Source: a virus
Lineage: Duplodnaviria > Caudoviricetes
IMG/VR virus record: IMGVR_UViG_3300043177_000122
Coordinates: 256,001-320,000 of that record
Strand: one strand, 5' to 3'
Length of the DNA stretch: 64,000 nt
The position numbers and the translations under genes are program-made. The stretch's first letter is position 1, and each line of letters starts with the position of its first letter. Shown here one piece after another: positions 40,307 through 48,950 of the stretch. A model generated the notes under the pieces. The model was not told the origin of the DNA. It worked only from the letters and a program-made list of their open reading frames with translations, and made no database searches.

Positions 40307-43300
40307 ATGACAAAGCGAGCCCCCGTATCTATACAAAGACCAATCTGGTATGATGCCCAGCAGGTAGATGAAACAGACCTATCTACTGAGCAAATGGCTA
40401 ATGATACCATTGATGCTGCCATCATTAATAACCACATTGGTGGCGGAGTTCTCCCAGAAAATTTAGTCGCTAAAGTTTTATTTGATTCTAGTAAGGCAAT
40501 CGGATTTCTAGATGGTCTTGCTATCGAAACTCAAGATCAGCCATCTGATAATAATTTAGGAAATCAGCTTTCTATTTCACTAACGGATTCGAAAGCTTCA
40601 GGGCATCGTCGTGTTAAAGTTGGTATTATTGGATTAGATTTCCAGTCCAATTTACAATTTGAGACATTTTACTTTAAGAATAACGAAACTCAGACAAGCA
40701 GAAAACACTTCACAAGAATTCTAGTTTTACTATTCAACGATTTTATTGGAGACCCAGAAATCTCTTTTAATCTAGGTGGAAAGATAGTTATCTCAGAAGC
40801 TCTACCAATGACAGTTTCTAGAGATGTTGTTATGATTGCCCAAGATCAGCAACCAAATTTATTTTTCAGAGATTTCTTTTTAGACTCTTCTGTTAACAAT
40901 CTCTCTATCGAAGCTATGTTGCAAAATGCTTTGCCACTTTACAACATTGATAGTTTGAATATTTTATCTGCTCCAGTAGATTTGCTACCAATTTTAAGTG
41001 GTGACGTTACTACGCAGATTGGTCAAAAGTTTCAGGCAACAACTAATAGCGTCCAAAAAATTTCTCTATTACTTGCAGTAAGAAACCAAGTTGCAGGACA
41101 ACAAGATAATTTAGTTTGGAACGGAGATATCGTTGTTAGTATCTATCCATTACAAACAAGTATTGATTGTCCAACCGACTTTTTACCAAATCTTCCGATA
41201 GATTTCTCTCCATCCAATATCCCAATTGCCCAGATTAGTTACAACTATAATAGTTTAAAAGATGCTGGAATACTTTTAGATTCTGTTCCACAACCGGTTG
41301 ACTTTGTGTTTAGTAATAGTCCAATTGCAGGTGGAAATGTTATGGTTCCAGGACAATATTATGCTTTAGCTATTAAACGTTCTGGTTCAGCTAATCAATG
41401 CGATATCTTAATTGCAACTGGTCAAAATCTAATTGACAATTCTAGAATTACTACTTTTACTGGAGCTTTATGGGTAGATATTCCAGACCAGGATTTATGG
41501 TTTGTGGTTTGGACAGACGCCGCCAAGATTTCTGACGGCCAAGCTTATGATCAGGGTCATGGTGTTACTATTCCAAAAACCACTACAGATCCAACTTCGC
41601 TGGCAACCATTGATAATTTATTCGGTGCTAAACAATTTGTAGGTAATGATGTTTTCCGTGCCGTACTTCAAGCAGTAACAGAAGTTTCTAGTCCAGTACC
41701 GGATCAAAGAACGGGTAATCCAGTAGACTCTCGTCAACAATATGTTCCTCAAGTTACATTGATGAATTCAATTGATATTGTTAATTTAGAGAAAACCTCT
41801 GAACCTCTCATTCTAGGGGCAATATCTGACAAAAATATCAAATTTTTTGATACCAGTCAGCAAAATATTAATTCCACATTGTACAGCGCTACAATGGTAA
41901 GAGATGAGCTTGTTATTAGAATTGTTGATGACCCAACAGATACTGTTAGATTTGATCTAGCAGTTAGTGGGTTAGCAACCAGTTTACTCAATGGTGATTT
42001 AGTCGGGGCAATAATTAGACCAGATGCCGCCGCTCCATTCACAGCATATCGTATTGCTGATGCAAGACTATGTTCTATGATTTTAGGAGATGTAGATGGT
42101 AATGGAATTATTGATGAGAATGATCTTTCACTTCTAAATAAATTTATTGGTTACAATATGAATGTTGGCTTGCCACTTCATACAAATATCGTAACAGACG
42201 GATATTCTACTGTTGTTCAAAATGGATATCAAACACTAACACAACCATTTGCTAATTTATTTGGTATTAGTTTCCAACTACTAAATCCTAATGATGGGTA
42301 TGTGGTAGCTTCAGCTTCCGATGGAGTTTTAGTTGCTAATCCAAATGATCCTTCTTTGGCTCAATTTACTAGTGCTACCATTCAATTCAACACAATCGTA
42401 GGTTTAAGCACTTACAAACTAGTTATCTTAGATAGCGGTTCAAATGAAGCAGATTGGGGATCTTGGAACATTGTCGCTCTAGATTCAGGTCTAGACGTTT
42501 TGACTATTCAAAAAATTTACTTGACTGGCGATGTATTTGCTCAAATGATGAGAGCAGATATTAATGGAGATTTTGCTATTACTACAGCAGATGGATACCT
42601 ATTAAATAGCTACATTGATAGATTGCCAACTACCGCAATACCTCATGCTACTTATCCTGCACCAAGCACTAATCCATATACTAAAATTGGTACTCGTTTC
42701 AATGTTATTAGATTAAGAGTTGAGGGCCTTGTAGATAGATCGGATGATTACACTGCGGATCCAGCTAACCGCGCTGATACAGTACATCCATTACAAGACA
42801 TATTCTTAGGAAATGGATATCTAACAAGTCATGATTTCTACAACTCTCCAATCCAATTATCATTTACTAAACAGTTAGTTTGGGATCCTTCTTTAGTTAT
42901 AACTACTGCACATCCAAAACTAGTTCCAAGCGTATTCACTTCTGAATCAGGAGTTGTACATAATATTTGTGAAATTGAAGGTATACAGTGTAATGTTTAT
43001 CCAGTACCGCAAACATTCGATCCTGGTAAGGTAGATTTCTTTGTTCCTAATAATCTTATCATTGGAGATGGTGAATTACAGAGACCTGATGGTTACTTCT
43101 ATAAAGTAGATTTTGAAGTTGGTACTGTCGTTCTAGAAATCCCAGATGGTTTATTTGGTTCTGAAAGAACTATTGATATTATGAACGATTTCATTGCAGA
43201 TTATACTGGTAACGGAGCTACTCGTCTTGGATTTCCATCCATGAGATTCGCTGACTGTTCATATGTTCAAAGGGACGCGCTTTCCAAAGATCAAATTAGA

Positions 43301-44332
43301 TTCTCGGTTTCTGTACAGTCTTTCTCTCCAAATACAAATGGCTTGAGTCCAGATGGATATACTGGGGCCATTGTAGATGGTAAGATGGGTGTAAGCGTAG
43401 ACTTTGAAACCGGTTTACTTACTTTGAACTTCACTAATTTGTACCAAGATGCTACATTGAGAACTTTGAGCACGAAGATTCAGGTTCACGTCTTTTTAAA
43501 GAAGGGTGGATTCAATAACGAGCCGCTCTTTGTTAATGCTACTAAGGTACAAAATATGCTGAGCTTAATTAGCGTATTTAGCGGCGCTAATGATGGCGGC
43601 CCATCAGCTTTAGTTGATCTGGGTAATGATGTTACTGGTATTCTACCAATTCTAAATGGTGGTACTGGACTAAATGATGTAGGATCATTTGGTACAGTTC
43701 TAACGAGTAATGGAAGCGGTTTAAGTTATCAATTTGTTAACACGCTACTTAATGTTATACCATTTTCTACTGGTATTCCAGACGCTGATAAAGTGCCCAA
43801 ACTAGATGGTTATGGATTCTTAGACCCAAGCTTTATGTACAAACAACCAATGTACATTCCAATTGTGTCTGGATCTTATTCAAATGATGGATATACTCCT
43901 GCTGCTATTGGTGCTTGCATCTTTAGATTTGATAGTTTCATTTTAGAAGGCCTTGACAGTATTAAATTAGAATGTATAGTAGAAAGCACAAATACAGCTA
44001 ACACCGCAGCTATTAGACTCTACAATGTAAATACTAATAGCTATGTACTACTGAACGGTATTAGCCCTGTATTGACGACTAATAATACTCAAGCTACTTA
44101 TCTAGTTTCTCAGGATCTAAAGTCGCTTCTATCAGCCGGAGCTACGAATTGGATTTATGAAGTTCATTTGAATTCTGATCCTGGTGGCAGCTTAGATACT
44201 TCTATTTGCAAAATGGCGAGATTGGTAATGACATACAATAACTTGACACTAAACGGTTCGGCCCAGATTGCTCCTCCATTAGCTCACAGTTATAACTTTG
44301 TACCATTCCTACCAAGCCCAACTCCAGTATAA
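40307..44332 (+). CDS. Virion protein with split dockerin-like EF-hand pair (1341 aa)
   Basis: N-terminal WYDAQQVDETDLSTEQ resembles fibre-attachment trimer motifs. GDVDGNGIIDENDLSLL and ADINGDFAITTADGYLL. Confidence 0.6.
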   Translation: MTKRAPVSIQRPIWYDAQQVDETDLSTEQMANDTIDAAIINNHIGGGVLPENLVAKVLFDSSKAIGFLDGLAIETQDQPSDNNLGNQLSISLTDSKASGHRRVKVGIIGLDFQSNLQFETFYFKNNETQTSRKHFTRILVLLFNDFIGDPEISFNLGGKIVISEALPMTVSRDVVMIAQDQQPNLFFRDFFLDSSVNNLSIEAMLQNALPLYNIDSLNILSAPVDLLPILSGDVTTQIGQKFQATTNSVQKISLLLAVRNQVAGQQDNLVWNGDIVVSIYPLQTSIDCPTDFLPNLPIDFSPSNIPIAQISYNYNSLKDAGILLDSVPQPVDFVFSNSPIAGGNVMVPGQYYALAIKRSGSANQCDILIATGQNLIDNSRITTFTGALWVDIPDQDLWFVVWTDAAKISDGQAYDQGHGVTIPKTTTDPTSLATIDNLFGAKQFVGNDVFRAVLQAVTEVSSPVPDQRTGNPVDSRQQYVPQVTLMNSIDIVNLEKTSEPLILGAISDKNIKFFDTSQQNINSTLYSATMVRDELVIRIVDDPTDTVRFDLAVSGLATSLLNGDLVGAIIRPDAAAPFTAYRIADARLCSMILGDVDGNGIIDENDLSLLNKFIGYNMNVGLPLHTNIVTDGYSTVVQNGYQTLTQPFANLFGISFQLLNPNDGYVVASASDGVLVANPNDPSLAQFTSATIQFNTIVGLSTYKLVILDSGSNEADWGSWNIVALDSGLDVLTIQKIYLTGDVFAQMMRADINGDFAITTADGYLLNSYIDRLPTTAIPHATYPAPSTNPYTKIGTRFNVIRLRVEGLVDRSDDYTADPANRADTVHPLQDIFLGNGYLTSHDFYNSPIQLSFTKQLVWDPSLVITTAHPKLVPSVFTSESGVVHNICEIEGIQCNVYPVPQTFDPGKVDFFVPNNLIIGDGELQRPDGYFYKVDFEVGTVVLEIPDGLFGSERTIDIMNDFIADYTGNGATRLGFPSMRFADCSYVQRDALSKDQIRFSVSVQSFSPNTNGLSPDGYTGAIVDGKMGVSVDFETGLLTLNFTNLYQDATLRTLSTKIQVHVFLKKGGFNNEPLFVNATKVQNMLSLISVFSGANDGGPSALVDLGNDVTGILPILNGGTGLNDVGSFGTVLTSNGSGLSYQFVNTLLNVIPFSTGIPDADKVPKLDGYGFLDPSFMYKQPMYIPIVSGSYSNDGYTPAAIGACIFRFDSFILEGLDSIKLECIVESTNTANTAAIRLYNVNTNSYVLLNGISPVLTTNNTQATYLVSQDLKSLLSAGATNWIYEVHLNSDPGGSLDTSICKMARLVMTYNNLTLNGSAQIAPPLAHSYNFVPFLPSPTPV

Positions 44333-44344
44333 TATTTGAAACCC

Positions 44345-44372
44345 TTGACATCCTAATTTTTCGAACTATGAT
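44345..44372 (+). promoter_or_regulatory. Sigma70-type promoter
   Basis: TTGACA (44345-44350), N16, TATGAT (44367-44372), at the boundary between structural and accessory modules. Confidence 0.65.
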
Positions 44373-44415
44373 GCTCCTCTAGTAAGGCGCGGTTTATCCG
44401 CAGAATTTTGGAAAA

Positions 44416-45111
44416 ATGTTAAGAGAAAAATTATGGAAAATTTTCCAACTACCCTCCCCTAAGGAATTAGGCTGGTCTGATAGCAATGCTTTACCTGTAG
44501 CACTGTTTAAGCAGGCCAATAATGATACTCCCACTTGGGAAGATTGGGATAACAAGATGCGCAAGGAATATCCAATAAGATATTTCTTTGCCGAAACATT
44601 GCCCTTTTGGTTTAAAACTAAGATTCGTCGTCATGTGAAAGACATAATCTATTTTCTTAAGTGTCATCTGTTACCTAGTCATAGATATCATTTTTTGGAT
44701 TTGAGGCAGCCAAAAAAGAAGGGTAAGTATAGCTATCGTTGGGGATGGTTAGATTCTGATAGTAAGATGATTTATGCTCTGTTCAATATTTTGAATACAT
44801 TTGTTGAAGAAGAGTTACCAAACATGTATTGTCCCTCTGAAGAGGATGTTAATGCAAATCCGTACATGGCCTCACAGCGCAATCATTATCTAGAAATAAA
44901 AGCAATTCATTATTGGTGGAATATTGAAAGAGAACGTCATGTTCAATTACACGATGATTTACTAAATAGATGGTTAACAGCCAAACAGACACACGATCCC
45001 GCCGAGCATCAACTCTTGGATGAGCTTCAGAAAATGGAAGCGGCAGCAGAAATTAAAGAAGATGAAATGATTAGCAGGCTTATCAAGATCCGCCGTTCAC
45101 TCTGGACCTGA
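44416..45111 (+). CDS. Hypothetical phage protein (W/Y-rich)
   Basis: 231-aa ORF downstream of the sigma70-like promoter. No function recognised. Confidence 0.6.
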   Translation: MLREKLWKIFQLPSPKELGWSDSNALPVALFKQANNDTPTWEDWDNKMRKEYPIRYFFAETLPFWFKTKIRRHVKDIIYFLKCHLLPSHRYHFLDLRQPKKKGKYSYRWGWLDSDSKMIYALFNILNTFVEEELPNMYCPSEEDVNANPYMASQRNHYLEIKAIHYWWNIERERHVQLHDDLLNRWLTAKQTHDPAEHQLLDELQKMEAAAEIKEDEMISRLIKIRRSLWT

Positions 45112-45124
45112 TATAGATGGGTTC

Positions 45125-46270
45125 ATGAAAGTTTGTTGGTTTGGATTCCTCGCTAAAAATCACAGTTGGTCAATCGTTGCTCAAAATCTATCTAGAGAAT
45201 TCATTAAATTGGGACACCAGGTAGATTTATTTTCTACTAATGGTACACAGCATTTTCCAGAAGACCTTAAACCTAATTTGAAAGGTTTTGTTACTGAGGA
45301 AGAAGGGGTGACACCAGATCAGTATGTTGAGAAGATTGCCTCTAAACTAGATGCTAATTATGATATGCAAATGTCGTACACAGCACTCCGTAATTTCTGT
45401 AATTATTTTGTAAGGGGGAACAAGAATAGATTTGGTATTTGGAATTATGAAACCACTAAATTACCAACAGCATTTTCTAAACATGCCAAATGTGTTGACT
45501 TAGTTTTGCCATCTTCTCAATTTTCTAGAAAAGTATTTACTGATAATGGTATGTCACCTGAAGTACAAGTTGTTGTACCTCATGGCATTCACTTAGAGAG
45601 ATTTGCTAATTTAGGTAAGTATCCATTAAAGACTAATAAGAAATATAAGATATTGGTCAATATAGCGCAGCCTCATTTGCGCAAGAATATACCTGGCCTA
45701 CTTAAAGCTTTTGGTAAAGCTTTTACTAAAGCAGATGATGTGTGTTTAGTATTAAAGGTATCTCGTAAGAGTGCCAACAATAATCTAATGGCATTTGACG
45801 TGTCTTTTAATGATATTTATTCTCGTTGGCAAAAAGAATATCCACAACATGCCGAAGTAGAAATCATTGATAAGTTTATCGTTGATATTGAGACTTTATA
45901 CAATGCATGTGATATTGTATTCACAATGACACATGCGGAGTGTTTTTGGATGCCTGGGCTAGAAGGGTTTGCTGCGAATAAAATTGTGGTAGCACCAAGA
46001 TATGGTGGACAATTAGATTATATGAATGATGATAATTCTATTCTAATAGATGGTAAAATTATTAGAGCAGATATGAGAATGCAGTATTGGGAGCCCTCTC
46101 CATATGCAGAGGTATTTGATCCCGATCAGGAGCAAGCTGCGGCTAAGTTAAAAGATTTAGTTGCTAACTATGATGATTATTTAAAGAAATTTTCTCCAGG
46201 CATGCAAGAAATGGCCCATAAGTTTACTTGGGAAAATGCAGCTAAACAGATTATAGGACTATGTAAATGA
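45125..46270 (+). CDS. GT-B glycosyltransferase, GT4 family
   Basis: VLPSSQFSR...VVVPHGI...RKNIPGLLKAF...LYNACDIV...ECFWMPGLE (E-x7-E)...YGGQLDY. Confidence 0.9.
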   Translation: MKVCWFGFLAKNHSWSIVAQNLSREFIKLGHQVDLFSTNGTQHFPEDLKPNLKGFVTEEEGVTPDQYVEKIASKLDANYDMQMSYTALRNFCNYFVRGNKNRFGIWNYETTKLPTAFSKHAKCVDLVLPSSQFSRKVFTDNGMSPEVQVVVPHGIHLERFANLGKYPLKTNKKYKILVNIAQPHLRKNIPGLLKAFGKAFTKADDVCLVLKVSRKSANNNLMAFDVSFNDIYSRWQKEYPQHAEVEIIDKFIVDIETLYNACDIVFTMTHAECFWMPGLEGFAANKIVVAPRYGGQLDYMNDDNSILIDGKIIRADMRMQYWEPSPYAEVFDPDQEQAAAKLKDLVANYDDYLKKFSPGMQEMAHKFTWENAAKQIIGLCK

Positions 46271-46980
46271 CAACTGACCCAAACTATAAGGCACTAAGCA
46301 TTGTTATTCCAGTCTTCAATAAATGGAATTTTACCAAGTCTTGTTTAAAGGATTTAGTACAATTGCCAAGCGATCATGAAATCATCATTATTGATAATGC
46401 CAGTACTGATGAGACTAATGTTGAAATCAACAAGTTCTGTGATGAATTATTCAAAACTAATCCTACTGGATGTGGCGTTGCATATATTCAGAATAAAGAA
46501 AATACTTTTCACTCAAAAGCTTGTAATCAGGGTGCCCGAATTGCGATGGGTGAACGCATCTTATTTCTGAACAATGACATAAGGGTTCGTGCCAACCATT
46601 CTACATGGACTAAGCAAATCATTGAAACTTGTGATGCTACTCAAGGACTAGTTGGACCAACCATGGGGCTTCTGGATAAGAACCTTAATTTCGTTAAAGA
46701 GGCCAACGAACAATTAGATGGTAATAGTTATCTTGGTGGTTGGTGTATTGCTGCACGCAAAGAAGTTTGGGAAAAGGTTGGATATTGGAATGAAGAATTT
46801 CCTTTCTATTTCAATGATACTGATCTAAGTTTTCGTGCTCGTCAAAAACAGATTCCTATTACTGTTGTGAAGCTGTTAGATGTTACCCATTTTGGTAAAG
46901 TCTCAGCGCAACAAATTAATATTCCGAAATTGTATCAAGAAGGAAGGAAAGTCTTCCTTAAACATTGGTCTAAAAAGTGA
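46267..46980 (+). CDS. GT-A glycosyltransferase, GT2 family
   Basis: LSIVIPVFN...EIIIIDNASTD...ACNQGA...ILFLNND...FYFNDTDLSFR. Confidence 0.9.
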   Translation: MTTDPNYKALSIVIPVFNKWNFTKSCLKDLVQLPSDHEIIIIDNASTDETNVEINKFCDELFKTNPTGCGVAYIQNKENTFHSKACNQGARIAMGERILFLNNDIRVRANHSTWTKQIIETCDATQGLVGPTMGLLDKNLNFVKEANEQLDGNSYLGGWCIAARKEVWEKVGYWNEEFPFYFNDTDLSFRARQKQIPITVVKLLDVTHFGKVSAQQINIPKLYQEGRKVFLKHWSKK

Positions 46981-47375
46981 ATGATTACATTATTGATGCT
47001 GCAATCTTGTACCGAGATGCTCTAAAGGAGAATCAAGTGGAATTATTAGTTCCATTAAATGATTTGAGAATTGTTTATGTGCCCAATATGCCACATTCTC
47101 ATAGAACTATATAGATTCGGATGGACCTTATTCTATTTTACAAAACAGAAAATTCTGATGATTGGGCTGATTTTCTTAGAGTTAGCAATTCTCCTATTGG
47201 AACTCAACGAGGCGTTTATTTTATCGGGATAAAAGATGATGATATCGATTATTATGTGACTAAAATGGCGTGCGATAATATGCAGCAAACTTATTCTCGC
47301 TCTCTACGCCCAACTTATTTTGAAATAAATCCCGATTATTTATTAAAGATACCGAAACTATTAGCATTTGCCTAA
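46977..47375 (+). pseudogene. Single reading frame split by in-frame TAG at 47112-47114 (or two small genes)
   Basis: GTG 46977 overlaps the GT2 stop. After 45 codons comes TAG, then ATT CGG ATG in the same frame as the 84-aa ORF at 47121. Confidence 0.35.
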
Positions 47376-48034
47376 TCATCAAACCTAAATTGATGTGTTT
47401 CACAATATGATTTGAATAATTCATATTTCCTACTCAAATAGATAGTGGCATCTTGATAAATCCAATCAAGAATTTTTTTGACCTGACGACTGCCGCCACT
47501 ATCTAGCCTATACGTATTGTTTGCGTATCTCTTTGGGCGGCTAACATAAGAATTTATTCCTAACTCCGATTTAAGTACATTTTGAATAGTTTCAATCATC
47601 TCTTTAGTTGATACCATCTGAACATTCATTTGATCATCTGATTTATTAATATGCAAACAGCCATCTCCATCAAAATATCCTCTAATAAAATGTCGTATCA
47701 GTTTTTTATCTAACCAATTAGGAAAAATTGTATTAAAACTTTTTGTCTGATGGCATCCTAGTGAGGCTAATGTTTTTGTAAGATGTTTACTATTCAATTC
47801 CAATCTATACGCAATGTATTTTCCTCCATTTTTGTTTTGTACGAAAGGCTCACGTGGTTGGCCAAAGAAACGCGCACATTTATATAAATGTTCTTTGTCT
47901 CGTTCTTGTAACTCAACAACTAATCTTCCAAGTTTTTCGTTATTATATGCGTTGGCATAAAAGAAACCAAGCCAATATGCTTTTTCTTCAGTGTCGATGT
48001 TATCCATTAAATTTTTATTTATCGAGTACTTCAT
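47372..48034 (-). mobile_element. Free-standing LAGLIDADG homing endonuclease gene
   Basis: DTEEKAYWLGFFYANAY and HFIRGYFDGDG motifs. The only substantial minus-strand gene. Start moved to ATG 48034. Confidence 0.8.
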
Positions 48035-48052
48035 CTTGATATATAATATATC
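48035..48052. promoter_or_regulatory. CTTGATATATAAT motif, copy 3, within palindrome TGATATATAATATATCA (possibly bidirectional)
   Basis: Lies between the divergent LAGLIDADG and Nei genes. 8-bp arms around a central A. Confidence 0.55.
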
Positions 48053-48104
48053 ATGAAATGCCCGAATTGACAGAAGTAGCATTCAGAAAGTGTTTAGGTG
48101 TAAA

Positions 48105-48941
48105 ATTCCGGAAGGTCCTGAAGTAAAATTAAGCGCCGATTTAATTAGACCATTAGTTATAGGTAAGAGGGTAATTAATGCATTTCCAGGTAAGAAAAGT
48201 AGATACGCAACTAGTCCCCCAGATGGGTTTTCTAGTTTTTTGGATACAATCACCAAAGAAGAAGTAAGAGTTATTGAAGTAGATGTCAAAGGTAAATTTA
48301 TGTACTGGAAGTTTAGTAACGGATGGTACATGATGAATTCTTTTGGTATGAGTGGTCAATGGTCTCCTAAAGAAGGTAAACACCCTTGTTTTGTTTTTTA
48401 TTTTAGTGAGAATTGGCCCGTCGTGGAAGAGACTATGTACTTCAATGACCCGCGGCACTTTGGAACCATAAAGTTCACAAATTCTGAAAAAGAGTTTAAC
48501 AAAAAACTTGATGAATTAGGATGGGATCCCTTATCGATGCCGCTTGACAAAAGCGTACGATGGATTACATTTCAACTCTCTAAATCTAAGAAACCTATTG
48601 CTGAAGTTTTGATGGATCAGGGACTTTTTTCTGGGGTCGGAAACTATATTAGGGCTGAAGCGTTATATGCATGTAAGCTTTCACCATGGCGGGCTTCTAA
48701 TACGCTTTCCAAGGATGAAATTCAATTGTTATGTCAGGCCATTGTTGATGTTATGCAAGAATCATACCAGCACCAAGGCGCTACTATTCATACCTACAAA
48801 ACCGCTTATGGTGATGAAGGTCATTACTCAACTAAGTTCAAGGTATATGGTCAGAAGCAAGACCCACTTGGTCATAAAATTGTGAAGCAGCAGACAGCAG
48901 ATAAAAGAACTATTTACTGGTGTCCTGACGTTCAAGTATAA
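48105..48941 (+). CDS. nei: Fpg/Nei-family DNA glycosylase/AP lyase, zincless-finger type; probable ATT start
   Basis: PEGPEV catalytic N-terminus, VDVKGKFMY, FGMSG, H2TH region LMDQGLFSGVGNYIRAEALY and RTIYWCP end. Confidence 0.85.
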   Translation: MPEGPEVKLSADLIRPLVIGKRVINAFPGKKSRYATSPPDGFSSFLDTITKEEVRVIEVDVKGKFMYWKFSNGWYMMNSFGMSGQWSPKEGKHPCFVFYFSENWPVVEETMYFNDPRHFGTIKFTNSEKEFNKKLDELGWDPLSMPLDKSVRWITFQLSKSKKPIAEVLMDQGLFSGVGNYIRAEALYACKLSPWRASNTLSKDEIQLLCQAIVDVMQESYQHQGATIHTYKTAYGDEGHYSTKFKVYGQKQDPLGHKIVKQQTADKRTIYWCPDVQV

Positions 48942-48950
48942 GGTATTATT

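Noticed and set aside
44333-44415. tRNA or ncRNA in intergenic gaps (also 9155-9293 and 62949-63040)
   Set aside because: Only short hairpins (e.g. GCGG-TTTAT-CCGC); no cloverleaf or T-loop signature.
48067-48072. TTGACA as a sigma70 -35 box for nei
   Set aside because: There is no acceptable -10 hexamer 16-18 nt downstream.
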